Below, piece by piece: positions 12,001 to 19,779 of a stretch of 64,000 nt of DNA. Under the pieces are notes generated by a model, which ran no database searches, had not been told where the DNA came from, and saw only the letters and a list, made by a program, of their open reading frames with translations. Source of the DNA: a virus. Taxonomy: Duplodnaviria; Caudoviricetes. The stretch lies in IMG/VR virus record IMGVR_UViG_3300025413_001239; one strand, given 5' to 3'. The position numbers were made by a program, and so were the translations under genes. Within the stretch, counting starts at the first letter, position 1. The number at the start of each line of letters is the position of its first letter.

Positions 12001-12355
12001 TGGTTTAATTCAATGGAACGGTATTCAAGATATATTCAAACAAATTGGTAATGTTCCAACTAGTCGAGATAAAGCTACAGCAGCATCACAAATGGGTAGT
12101 ATTGTTGGTAATGATACTAGTTCTCAATTAAATTCTATTGTAAATAATAATGGTAAAAATCCAGACTTTAAAAATTATGTTAAACAACTTAGTATAATAA
12201 ATTCAGCAAATGATTCAGCATTTTTCTGGGCTAATAAAGTAGAAATATGTGATAATTGTAAAAGAAGAGATTCACCAGTTATAATAAAAAGACAAGGATT
12301 TGCTAATGATTTTTTCAATAGATTTAATAATCAAAGTGACCCACTAGCTTGGTAA
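6071..12355 (+). CDS. Baseplate hub / tail-associated lysin (gp27/VgrG-like hub with C-terminal CHAP-like DUF2272 and phage tail lysozyme domains)
   Basis: Hub-type motifs (GITSIDIEFN...; RSYKAEVEMLGNAMIQPMMYFQLENIPLFHGAYLITKVTHSI). QWSAAFISYVM...VGDIL...SHSNVI...GGNV resembles DUF2272. AGIMGNIQAESDFNP...FGLIQWNG resembles Phage_lysozyme2. Confidence 0.75.
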   Translation: MANNSQKIIKPIGTRLNLVDPNNFEYQYAGNSFDDNSQFNMSVPNEDLCIIVELKTNQTSRTVLNSNNSNFTVNNTNAGNSKILVNFIGGKNDSTVTNDPKSSYLTTSYTDVSDISTNNNAVDEALGITSIDIEFNSQYAPMININFIDIRGAAIFQNGAKSKYGVFFKLPYPIFQLKIKGYYGKPVVYCLHMIKCTTKFNSQTGNFEIAAQFVGYTYAMLSDMILGYMRAAEETTRGKELLSSNYSGIPSINKLLSDIGNIDRGGSGTDIPPELDKKIKALPTIQSDVSSIKTLITSTINSFNTSNTSLLNSGNANDPSNSNTYNISILNGAVDDKTLQTFSTDFNKLLLTFDTDVRTNKFLDNLQYSDTTSDKKPNVLNIKLNDLINPTNKVDLYNTISSAYNVDSKSTDILDEIIKNLINVSNSISDKNSTVFFYDFNSLLSIYVNNKNSAIDSLNKDLNLQLVSAAETNLKSLNVDTSIRGMLSVFTTGIEIFLQQLIETSQRYQENNRVKELLGLGIENLDILNNKNNKNNNSSNNPTVIYPWPEYVLNGEETYIGGPNGVKNPDNVPEIQLVNALYQGFKENELVNNSSVGGPNTANWFASNPVDSSINFIGFNETNETNPYNRLGNNATNLDIINYIVIRAVTFLGFSNRLISEAEITNSNGDGFADKEAANFISAYQNNNNLISAVNLQLNSIISTNSILDLKINDVQIFDSNNNFRGSFVPIKSKPKTTSNVNTSNTSQTVTANFFEDYHLISSDITNEDIKKNDFYLNNLFGPALSADKLDKSPFDGGIGYDPNTIPRYLDFIDKNQYDTQTPNVIKAAKPINFKKLSDLKLTPTPTPDNLIDVGFLANAGKYGVQEFTTIDYSNSIYTLKNNATTLYFYSLFFDNAINPNTNIGYLTYPRNYDGVGYTTDYDIKNNNFKEITSSSPYVTIDELNSIFIAGPNKSQNTTPNYNTRQNFGANIQLISDLNNAEYPYATFSTASNILNNNEPETQETLISLFGSRLYNKQSITGQTFLFLHSLPWRGLIYSSKPGAFKFGIFNDDKIRSIFKYRTGFIQVPKLFPAFIGGLLLRYQEGLLGKDIIDWGPSNDNYIPVFNSDSNGHIPKTDEYLRVDIKDILSSMAFGAKEFSNYAKLEDTLLNLPQSVKDSFIQEFLNFSLTYDNDVNQYCQIKPKSTWENSFKNIVNGTKNVDTILNNFDLPKNGKITDYKVITYANTVNDANNNVDYWVGYSLFLEYADGSSQSKILKNLIFDYTYISNDSYLIWSDDIFNDNYNNGVTINYTINIPSSVIINYLKAFKGITNTNVTNTQSSSVSQTQELAIKFETYRTLKKIYEKWINVLENKYTNGSNDVIFQCCTQGTSVGDRLKKDTDIAKNLGGYNTPRLIDSFRFLDKNFNDISKLFNINPLSFYKMIINSPNINFYDMAGRILTDNHFNFIALPSFVDYNNPDEVVNMFTPYTYYEASTRTVQGPSFVCVYVGQTSTKLDFDNDQDYGHPNDGFDLNGKNLPQDFSNLAKDWEDVHAAFVVRYGQQNQNIFKDVKLDQAEFSETAESLLVVDNIANSLGKTNLTYAGQNLYDVYSVRSYKAEVEMLGNAMIQPMMYFQLENIPLFHGAYLITKVTHSIKPNHMSTTFNGTRIKSGKTPLLTQSEIVADLLTSYGYSVQPQSIDLTKNYVDKYHAILYRNLPSNNTIVRTTGTPISTNLETNVPKTALAEYKTFGNGTYTTPKMNNRINDYFNKIGSPDYTQWSAAFISYVMYSADNTFPINESHCGYVTQAMNGESGYEVFPLNSGLKIKAEVGDILTFSRPGGFYKSHSNVIYEVNGNVAKLMGGNVRGVNGNTVNISTITLDDGFITDNVKFPVGNDYKLLTKNTGGVYYDHKTNLSDYPIDSVNQITSINTKQTSKQLSANQLTVKNFFKDYFTSYENGKYSSKAKEITAGIMGNIQAESDFNPTQITADSNHQYAFGLIQWNGIQDIFKQIGNVPTSRDKATAASQMGSIVGNDTSSQLNSIVNNNGKNPDFKNYVKQLSIINSANDSAFFWANKVEICDNCKRRDSPVIIKRQGFANDFFNRFNNQSDPLAW

Positions 12356-12378
12356 TTAAAAATTATTTCGTATATTTG
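12349..12378 (+). promoter_or_regulatory. Bacteroidota-type promoter (TTG-N19-TATATTTG)
   Basis: TTG at 12349-12351, TATATTTG at 12371-12378, ATG 5 nt downstream. Confidence 0.7.
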
Positions 12379-12383
12379 CCGAC

Positions 12384-12977
12384 ATGAAGATTGGTAATAT
12401 TGTTTCAACAACAAATATAAGTGTTTCTGAAGATTTTAATGTGGTTCAATCCTTGGATAAAATTATTCAAGGATTACCTACATTAATTATTGGGTGGGAT
12501 TACGTAAGACAAAACTACCCAGACTATGATATAATAGATAAAAAACTATCTGATAATCTTTTTTGGACATTTAAAAAAACAGAAAGAAGAAATGTTCACG
12601 AAGAAGATATTTATTACTTCATACAAAATTGCTATAATAATCTTATTAAGGATATCGTCTATCATTTTATAGACCCATTCGCATTAACACCCAAATCAAT
12701 AAAGAAATTACTTAAAAAAATAAGCTCAAGTAAATCAATAAGCTATCACCATGAAAATATGGTTTATATTTACATTGAAAATTTTATACTAGGTGTTGAT
12801 ATTTCCTTACTAGAATTTATGGGTTTTAGCCGTGAAAAAATATTATCAAAAATAAAAACAAAAACAAGTATCTTTTTGAATAAAGATATGATATTTATAG
12901 AATATAAACATAGGGTTGAAGTATTTGAAAATCAAATCAAGTACATACCTTTTTTATATTCGATAGAACATGGATAA
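12384..12977 (+). CDS. Hypothetical protein (early-type promoter)
   Basis: 197-aa ORF with its own promoter, overlapping the next ORF. No recognised motif. Confidence 0.6.
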   Translation: MKIGNIVSTTNISVSEDFNVVQSLDKIIQGLPTLIIGWDYVRQNYPDYDIIDKKLSDNLFWTFKKTERRNVHEEDIYYFIQNCYNNLIKDIVYHFIDPFALTPKSIKKLLKKISSSKSISYHHENMVYIYIENFILGVDISLLEFMGFSREKILSKIKTKTSIFLNKDMIFIEYKHRVEVFENQIKYIPFLYSIEHG

Positions 12978-13371
12978 AACATTATTATTAGCATCATTTA
13001 TTTTCCCAGAAAGAGTTGATTGGTTCCTAAATTACCTAGAAAATAAATTTGAAATTCCAAGGAATAAAGTTTTTAGATACGATAACGTTGATGATGAATC
13101 TAAAGTCATCTTAACATTCAGATTGAATTTACCAGATGGTAAACGATTAGATTTAAAAGAATTATTTCCTAACGCTATAATTATCCATAAAAAGGGTGAT
13201 GCGTTATATACAATAAATGCTCTTAATAGTCTAATAGATTCCGAATACCCTGAGTCTAAGGGTAACATTGATTATAAATCAATTAAAATCAATTGGTCAA
13301 AATATCAAAACAAATTTATTCTCGTGGATAATAAAGAATTGGTTTTTTTAAACATAAAACGAATTTTTTAA
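12970..13371 (+). CDS. Hypothetical protein
   Basis: 133-aa ORF coupled to the upstream ORF by an 8-nt overlap. Confidence 0.6.
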   Translation: MDKTLLLASFIFPERVDWFLNYLENKFEIPRNKVFRYDNVDDESKVILTFRLNLPDGKRLDLKELFPNAIIIHKKGDALYTINALNSLIDSEYPESKGNIDYKSIKINWSKYQNKFILVDNKELVFLNIKRIF

Positions 13372-13382
13372 TTAATTTAAGA

Positions 13383-13390
13383 TATTTATA
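13383..13390 (+). promoter_or_regulatory. Putative late-promoter motif TATTTATA
   Basis: Intergenic, upstream of 13418. Confidence 0.5.
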
Positions 13391-13417
13391 TAGTATAATA
13401 TAAATAAATTTTTCACC

Positions 13418-13609
13418 ATGAATACACAAACAAATGAAAAAAATGTTAAAAAAGCCATAGATGCTTTTTTAAATCAACCAACAACAAATGAACAAAATCA
13501 AGAAATGGATTGCAGTTCAGGTACTTGCATTATTAAAAATGATAAGAGTATTGTTGAAAGAATCAATAAAAAGATAATCGTTGAAGACGGTAGACAACTA
13601 TTAATTTAA
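13418..13609 (+). CDS. Small hypothetical protein
   Basis: 63-aa ORF with an A-rich leader, 2 nt from the next ATG. Confidence 0.55.
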   Translation: MNTQTNEKNVKKAIDAFLNQPTTNEQNQEMDCSSGTCIIKNDKSIVERINKKIIVEDGRQLLI

Positions 13610-13611
13610 TT

Positions 13612-14409
13612 ATGGCAAAAAAAACAGACCCAAAAATGTTACAAGAAGCTTTAAAGAGATTTAGACTTCTTTCTGAATACAGTTTTTATACTGAAGAACC
13701 TAAAAATGATGATAACCTTATCTTAGGTAATGTTGATGAAGCTGACGAAGAATCAAATGATGCTGATATAGATTTTGGTGGTGATGCAAATACTGTTCCA
13801 CCAGCAGATGCTAAACCAGCCGATGATTCAAAGACAGCTAATCCAGAACCAGCACCACAAGATGCTGCCGCTGGACCTAACGCTACAGCTGATGATGAAA
13901 GTGGTGTTGACGATATGGAAACAGCTGATACAAACGATATGGAAACAGCTGATACTGAAGCACCAGAAGAAGATGAGGTTGATGTTGACGTAACACAATT
14001 GGTTGATAACACTAAAGATGCCAAAAAAGCTGCTGATGTAGCTGGTCATAAAGCTAGTAAGCTTATGAATAAGTTTAGCGAATTAGAAAGAAAAATCGAT
14101 TCAATGGCTAGTATTAGTCATAAAATTGATTCACTTGAAAAAGAAATCGCTAAAAGAAACCCAACACCTAATGAAAAATTAGAACTTAGGTCTTTAGATT
14201 CAGCACCATTTAATATAAAACTAAAAGATTATTGGAAAGATGTTGATGGTTATGATACTGGTGTTACCGATAAAAAACACAAAGAATATATTCTAACTAA
14301 AAGCGATATTGATGACGAATTTTTAGATAGTAATGTAAAGAATTCATTTAATGTTCCAGATGAAGAAGAAGATGAAAGAAACGATTACGAAGAAGAAGAT
14401 ATCTACTAA
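13612..14409 (+). CDS. Acidic low-complexity/coiled-coil protein, possible prohead core or internal protein
   Basis: N-terminal LQEALKRFRLLSEY motif, D/E/A/P-rich disordered middle, coiled coil (FSELERKIDSM...), acidic tail. Confidence 0.5.
   Translation: MAKKTDPKMLQEALKRFRLLSEYSFYTEEPKNDDNLILGNVDEADEESNDADIDFGGDANTVPPADAKPADDSKTANPEPAPQDAAAGPNATADDESGVDDMETADTNDMETADTEAPEEDEVDVDVTQLVDNTKDAKKAADVAGHKASKLMNKFSELERKIDSMASISHKIDSLEKEIAKRNPTPNEKLELRSLDSAPFNIKLKDYWKDVDGYDTGVTDKKHKEYILTKSDIDDEFLDSNVKNSFNVPDEEEDERNDYEEEDIY
13910..13955 (+). repeat. In-frame tandem repeat (22-nt unit, 24-nt period; DMETADT x2)
   Basis: acgatatggaaacagctgatac at 13910-13931 and 13934-13955. Confidence 0.9.
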
Positions 14410-14424
14410 TCAAAATAAAATATA

Positions 14425-14453
14425 AAAAAGAGGTGCTTAATAGCACCTTTTTT
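14425..14453 (+). terminator. Intrinsic terminator
   Basis: AGGTGCT-taat-AGCACCT followed by a T run and preceded by an A run. Confidence 0.85.
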
Positions 14454-14481
14454 ATTTAATATATTTTTTTTTTAATAAAGG

Positions 14482-14512
14482 TTGTGTTCTTAAATTTTAT
14501 GGTGTATATTTG
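14482..14512 (+). promoter_or_regulatory. Bacteroidota-type promoter (TTG-N20-TATATTTG) for the gp32-uvsX block
   Basis: TTG at 14482-14484 and TATATTTG at 14505-14512. A relaxed second copy (TTG 14546, N19, TATATTAA 14568) follows. Confidence 0.7.
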
Positions 14513-14620
14513 CATATATTTACTCGGAAAAACAAAAAAAATAGCTTGACTTTTTTAAAATTTTCCTTATATTAAAGATACAAAATAGTAAATAATACTT
14601 AAATATAAATTTAGAAAACA

Positions 14621-15520
14621 ATGAGTACAAACAGTGCACTTATGGCTATGTTAGGTCAGTATGAAAACAACGCTAACGGCTATGCAGAAAAAAAGGAAAA
14701 CTCCTTTAACGAAAACAATTACTTCGGAACTTATCTTAAAGACAAAGAAAAGACTGGTACGAAGACAGTAAGAATCCTACCAACAAAAGATGGTTCAACA
14801 CCATTCGTTGAGGTTTGGGCACACAGAATCCAAGTTGATGGTAATTGGCCAACATTCGTGTGTTTGAAGCATGCTAAGGGTGAAGATTGTCCGTTTTGTG
14901 AAGCACGCCAAGCTTTATTGGCTAGTGGTAATGAAACAGACAAAGACCTAGCTAAGAAGTATTCAGCTAGGAAAATGTATGTAGTTAAAGTTATCGATAG
15001 AGATAACGAAGACCACGGTGTTAAATTTTGGAGATTTTATCATGATTTCCGTAAGACTGGTGTTTTTGATAAAATCTATGGTATCCTACAAACAATTAAG
15101 AAAGACATCACAGATGTTAACACTGGTCGTGATTTAGCTATCTCAATTGCTAGAGACCAAAATGGTAATCCAGTTGTTCAAACAATTACGCAATTAGACC
15201 CTACACCACTATCAGAAGATTCTAGTCTTTCACAAGAATGGGCTAATGATAGCAGAACTTGGCAAGATGTTTATAGCCTAAAACCGTATGAATATCTTGA
15301 AATCATTGTAAAAGGTGGTGTTCCAGTTTATTCTAAGGAAGAAAAAAGATTTGTTGACAAGAATTTAGTTACAGCTAAAGAAGCTAACGCACCTTTAGAT
15401 ACTGAATTAAGTTTGGGTGTTGCTAATGTTAAGAGCAATGTTACAGCAGCTAAATCTACACCAGTGACTAGTTTAGTTACTTCTGATGATTCCGATGATT
15501 CCGATGATTTACCATTTTAG
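14621..15520 (+). CDS. Single-stranded DNA-binding protein (T4 gp32-like)
   Basis: VRILP...PFVEVWAH...CLKHAKGEDCPFCE (Zn site), KMYVVKVIDRDNEDHGVKFW, TGRDLAI, acidic C-terminus ending DDLPF. Confidence 0.85.
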   Translation: MSTNSALMAMLGQYENNANGYAEKKENSFNENNYFGTYLKDKEKTGTKTVRILPTKDGSTPFVEVWAHRIQVDGNWPTFVCLKHAKGEDCPFCEARQALLASGNETDKDLAKKYSARKMYVVKVIDRDNEDHGVKFWRFYHDFRKTGVFDKIYGILQTIKKDITDVNTGRDLAISIARDQNGNPVVQTITQLDPTPLSEDSSLSQEWANDSRTWQDVYSLKPYEYLEIIVKGGVPVYSKEEKRFVDKNLVTAKEANAPLDTELSLGVANVKSNVTAAKSTPVTSLVTSDDSDDSDDLPF

Positions 15521-15565
15521 AATGGTAAACTAAATATAAATGGGTAGTAATTACTACCCATTTAT
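15508..15565. terminator. Two adjacent hairpins after gp32: one over the stop codon, then a perfect 30-bp palindrome followed by a T run
   Basis: TTTACCATT-ttag-AATGGTAAA (15508-15529) and ATAAATGGGTAGTAA|TTACTACCCATTTAT (15536-15565). Confidence 0.75.
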
Positions 15566-15596
15566 TTTTTATCTTAAAAATACTAATAAAAAAAAT

Positions 15597-16697
15597 ATGG
15601 CAAAAAAACCAGAGAAGAAAATTATTCCTAAAAAGGAATTTAACTTAGATGACTTTATCACTACACAAGGGTTAGATGCTACTGTCACTGAAAAAGAATT
15701 AAAATGGATACCATTATCTGAAGCATTTCATGATGCGGTAAAGGTACCAGGTATTCCTATGGGTTATTTTGTTAGTTTTAGGGGTTACTCAAACACTGGT
15801 AAATCAACAGCTATTTATGAAGCTATAGCTGGTTGTCAAAAACTTGGTGTTTTGGCGGTAATCTTTGAAACTGAAGGTAACTGGAATTGGGAACACGCAA
15901 AAAACATTGGTGTTGAACTTAGAGAAGTTCCAGATGAAGAAACTGGTGAGCTTAAGTATAAGCCAAAGGACTTTATTTTATTACAAGGTCCAGACTTATT
16001 AAGACTCTACCAAAACTATGACCACCAACATAGTAAAATGGGTACCAAGGCCTTAAGGTACGAACCAGTTGTTGAAGATATATCAGCATTTATGAATGAT
16101 ATTTTGGATAAACAACAAGAAGGTGTGATTCAACAAGATGTTGCTTTCTTTTGGGATTCAGTTGGTTCTATTAACTGCTTCAAGGGTGCGACATCTAAAA
16201 CAACAAATAATCAATGGACGGCTGGTGCTTTAGCTACTTGCTTCAAGTCATTGATTAATTACCGAATTCCTTCATCAAGAAGAACCGATTGTGAATATAC
16301 AGCAACATTTGCCGTAGTTCAACAAATTTGGTTGGATAATGAGAACAAGGTTATTAAGCACAAGGGTGGTGAAGCCTTTTTCTATTCACCAAGAATGATA
16401 TTCCATTTCGGTGGTATATTAACACACAGTACTGAAAAGCTTAAAGCAACTTACAGAGGTGAAGAATATCAATTTGGTGTTACAACAAAAGTAAGATGTG
16501 AAAAGAATCAAGTTAACGGTATTGAACAAAAGGGTTCTATTGCCTCTACACCACATGGTTATTGGAATCCCGATAAGATTGACGAGTACAAAGAAAAGTA
16601 CAAGGATTTTATCAAAGAAAAACTTAACACAGAGTTTGATGATTTTATCATTGAAACTGAAGCAATGTCACTCAGCAGTGAGGACATGAGAATGTAA
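15597..16697 (+). CDS. uvsX: RecA/UvsX-like recombinase
   Basis: Walker A GYSNTGKST, FETE, Walker B FFWDSVGS, KHKGGEAFFY, KVRCEKNQV. The ATG at 15597 is preferred because the ATG at 15540 lies inside the palindrome. Confidence 0.85.
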   Translation: MAKKPEKKIIPKKEFNLDDFITTQGLDATVTEKELKWIPLSEAFHDAVKVPGIPMGYFVSFRGYSNTGKSTAIYEAIAGCQKLGVLAVIFETEGNWNWEHAKNIGVELREVPDEETGELKYKPKDFILLQGPDLLRLYQNYDHQHSKMGTKALRYEPVVEDISAFMNDILDKQQEGVIQQDVAFFWDSVGSINCFKGATSKTTNNQWTAGALATCFKSLINYRIPSSRRTDCEYTATFAVVQQIWLDNENKVIKHKGGEAFFYSPRMIFHFGGILTHSTEKLKATYRGEEYQFGVTTKVRCEKNQVNGIEQKGSIASTPHGYWNPDKIDEYKEKYKDFIKEKLNTEFDDFIIETEAMSLSSEDMRM

Positions 16698-16729
16698 ACA
16701 TTTTTTTTTAACTAGTAAATTCAAGTGAA

Positions 16730-17803
16730 TTGAATAAAAGACCACCAAAAAGCGGTGAAAGAATAAAGATTAAAAATACACTCTTGGTTGACGGAAATGC
16801 CTTATTTAAATTAGGTTATTTGGGTGCCAAGAGTGAGTTTAATCATCGGGGTGAACACATCGGTGGGATTTATCAATTCCTAACGATTCTACGCAAACTA
16901 TTAACTGAGGACTTATATCATAGAGTCTACGTATTCTGGGATGGCAAATTAAGCGGCCAATTAAGATTTAAAATTTACGAAGCTTATAAGGGTAATCGAA
17001 ATAAGGATTATATCAACGGGACTCATCCTATTGATGAATCTGAGTTGAAACAAAAGATGATGATTTGGAATTATCTCGATAACCTTTGTATTCGACAATT
17101 ACAAGATGAAGTTGTGGAAAGTGATGATTTCATTGCTTATTATACCAATAATAAGGATGAGAATGAAAAGATAACTATCTGCACTACTGACCGAGATATG
17201 GCCCAACTTATCAAGGATAATGTAAGAATTTATTTTTGTGATTTACGAACTTATATCGATACAACAAATTATTCAAATTATTTCTCACATTACCACGAGA
17301 ATGCAGCACTAATCAAAACAATCATAGGTGATAACAGTGACTGTATTAAGGGTGTTAAGGGTGTTAAAGAACCTACATTATTGTCATTTTTCCCAGAGTT
17401 AAAAGAACGTAAGGTTACACTTGATGAAATAATTAAAAAAGCAGGTGAATTACAAAATGAAAGACTTTCAGCTAAAAAACCACCACTAAAGAGCCTTACA
17501 AATATCATCAATGGTGTTACAGATGGTATTCAAGGTGATAAACTATACGAAATAAATTCTAAATTGGTTAACCTTAAAGAACCTATGTTAACCGAAAATG
17601 CTGTTGAAGAATTAAACTTCATTATTGAAGCTGAATTTGATACAACTGATAGAAGCGTTAAAAATGTTTATTCTAAGATGAAAATTGATGGAATAGACAG
17701 AACAATTGGTGCGAATAGATATCCAGATTACTTAGTACCTTTTAAACAACTAATGGAAAGAGAATTAAAACAAACAAAATTAAACGATGAGTACAACAAT
17801 TAA
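16730..17803 (+). CDS. 5'-3' exonuclease / flap endonuclease (T4 RNase H or PolI 5'-nuclease family)
   Basis: LLVDGNAL, VFWDG, YKGNR, ESDDFIA, TTDRDMAQL and GDNSDCIKGVKGV motifs. TTG start. Confidence 0.9.
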   Translation: MNKRPPKSGERIKIKNTLLVDGNALFKLGYLGAKSEFNHRGEHIGGIYQFLTILRKLLTEDLYHRVYVFWDGKLSGQLRFKIYEAYKGNRNKDYINGTHPIDESELKQKMMIWNYLDNLCIRQLQDEVVESDDFIAYYTNNKDENEKITICTTDRDMAQLIKDNVRIYFCDLRTYIDTTNYSNYFSHYHENAALIKTIIGDNSDCIKGVKGVKEPTLLSFFPELKERKVTLDEIIKKAGELQNERLSAKKPPLKSLTNIINGVTDGIQGDKLYEINSKLVNLKEPMLTENAVEELNFIIEAEFDTTDRSVKNVYSKMKIDGIDRTIGANRYPDYLVPFKQLMERELKQTKLNDEYNN

Positions 17804-18272
17804 AAAAATCGAAGAACAACGTTTTGAATTCTTGTTATATATTAACAAGAATATCATTTGTCAAAGATACTTTAGTATCAAAGACTTTAACCTAGATTCA
17901 ATTTATTCAATTGAATTGAAAGAATTAATGGATAGACTAGTAGGTATGAACAATGGTAATTTTGGTTCATTAGGTCTTATTACAAGAAATTTAAAGAATA
18001 AGGCTGTAGATTATCTTTGGAGAAATTATAACCCACATCAATTTAAAAATGATGAACCAAAGAACAATTATGAAAAGGAAGATATCTTTGAATTTGAAAT
18101 CAGAGTTGATAAAAATATAATTGCTAAGAGTTATTTCTCTGGTAATCATTTTCCTCAACAAGTTAGATATCAAGTTGATATTAAGGATATTATACCTAAG
18201 ATTATAACAGATATCAAAGACACATTAAGTCAAAAAATATATAATCACTATTACGGTGATTTGGCACTTTAA
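17787..18272 (+). CDS. Hypothetical protein in the replication block
   Basis: 161-aa ORF overlapping the exonuclease stop codon. Confidence 0.6.
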   Translation: MSTTIKKIEEQRFEFLLYINKNIICQRYFSIKDFNLDSIYSIELKELMDRLVGMNNGNFGSLGLITRNLKNKAVDYLWRNYNPHQFKNDEPKNNYEKEDIFEFEIRVDKNIIAKSYFSGNHFPQQVRYQVDIKDIIPKIITDIKDTLSQKIYNHYYGDLAL

Positions 18273-18313
18273 GGATATTTATTATAATTAACACTTTTCA
18301 ACAAAAATTAAAA

Positions 18314-19744
18314 ATGACAAAAATAAAAAGAAATGATTTCAGTTATTTGGGTGCAGACTTTCAAGTTAGGTTAGTAGCACAAATTATAATTGATAATAAA
18401 TTTGGTGAGTCCATTATTGATATTTTAGACCCGAATTATTTTAGTGCTGAGAATAGTTTAAAAATTATTGTTTCAACAATTATTGACGCTTATAATGATT
18501 ATAATATCATTCCAGATATGGGTAGTCTTGAATTTAGATTACTTGATAAAGTTAAGCTTGATATTGATAGACAATATACGATTAAGCAATTAAAGTTAAT
18601 AAAAGAGGCTAACTTAAATGATGGTCTCGAAGTACAAGAAAAAGCCATGTTGTTTTGTAAACAACAAGAGCTACAAAAATCAATAAAGGAAATTCAATCA
18701 ATTATTGATAAGGGTGATTTTGATAGGTACGAAGAATGTGAAGAAATACTTAAAAAAGCATTAGACCATGGTAATCCTAAGGATAATGGTATTGATGTTT
18801 TTGAAAACATAGAATCTGTATTAGTTGACGACTTTAGAAACCCAATACCTACTGGTATTAAGGGTCTTGATGAGGTTATGGATGGTGGGCTTGCACCAAG
18901 TGAATTGGGTATTATACTAGCACCATATGGTGTTGGTAAAACAACAATGATTACCAAAATAGCTAATACAGCTAAGAATTTAGGTAAGAATGTTTTACAA
19001 GTCTTTTTTGAAGATATGCCAAAGGTTATTCAAAGAAAACATTTAGCATGTTGGTCTGGATATGCTCTAAATGACTTATCTTTGCATAGGGAAGAATTAA
19101 TTGAGTTGGCAAACGTTAAAAACAATGAACAAGGATATTTAAAATTAAAGAAATTTCCTAGTGATGGTACCACAATACCAATCATTAAACAATATGTTAA
19201 AAAGTTGATAGCGCAAGGACTAAAACCTGATGTTATACTATTGGATTACATCGATTGTGTTCAACCTACAAGACAATTTGACGATTCATATGCTGGTGAA
19301 GGACAAGTAATGAGGCAATTTGAAACCCTATTATCTGAGTTTAATATAGCTGGATGGACAGCCGTACAAGGTAATAGAAGTTCAATAGGTGCCGCGGTAG
19401 TACAATCCGACCAGATGGGTGGTTCAATTAAGAAAGGTCAAATAGGTCACTTCGTTGTATCAATAGCTAAAACCCTTGAACAAAAAGAAAATGGAACAGC
19501 TAATATGGCCATTCTAAAATCTAGATTTGGGAAGGACGGTATCGTATTCGAAAATATTACATTTGATAACGGCAGAATTCAAATCGATATGTCGGCCGCA
19601 ATGGTTGGTAAGAGTCAAGGTGAATACAAGAAAGAACAAGAAGTTTCAAATGTTCAACGTGTTGCTAAAGCATTAGAAGAACAGCAAAAATATAAGAGAT
19701 TGATTAGTGGTTTTGCGCAAGAAAATAGCGCAATTAACACATAG
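18314..19744 (+). CDS. dnaB: Replicative DNA helicase (DnaB / T4 gp41-like)
   Basis: IPTGIKGLDEVMDGG, Walker A APYGVGKTT, LLDYID, VQGNR, ILKSRFGKDG. Confidence 0.9.
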   Translation: MTKIKRNDFSYLGADFQVRLVAQIIIDNKFGESIIDILDPNYFSAENSLKIIVSTIIDAYNDYNIIPDMGSLEFRLLDKVKLDIDRQYTIKQLKLIKEANLNDGLEVQEKAMLFCKQQELQKSIKEIQSIIDKGDFDRYEECEEILKKALDHGNPKDNGIDVFENIESVLVDDFRNPIPTGIKGLDEVMDGGLAPSELGIILAPYGVGKTTMITKIANTAKNLGKNVLQVFFEDMPKVIQRKHLACWSGYALNDLSLHREELIELANVKNNEQGYLKLKKFPSDGTTIPIIKQYVKKLIAQGLKPDVILLDYIDCVQPTRQFDDSYAGEGQVMRQFETLLSEFNIAGWTAVQGNRSSIGAAVVQSDQMGGSIKKGQIGHFVVSIAKTLEQKENGTANMAILKSRFGKDGIVFENITFDNGRIQIDMSAAMVGKSQGEYKKEQEVSNVQRVAKALEEQQKYKRLISGFAQENSAINT

Positions 19745-19779
19745 GAAAAATAATAATAAATAATAAAAAACAATAAAAA

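Noticed and set aside
15540-15596. Longer N-terminus for UvsX
   Set aside because: The ATG at 15540 lies within the terminator-like palindrome. The ATG at 15597 has a typical A-rich leader.
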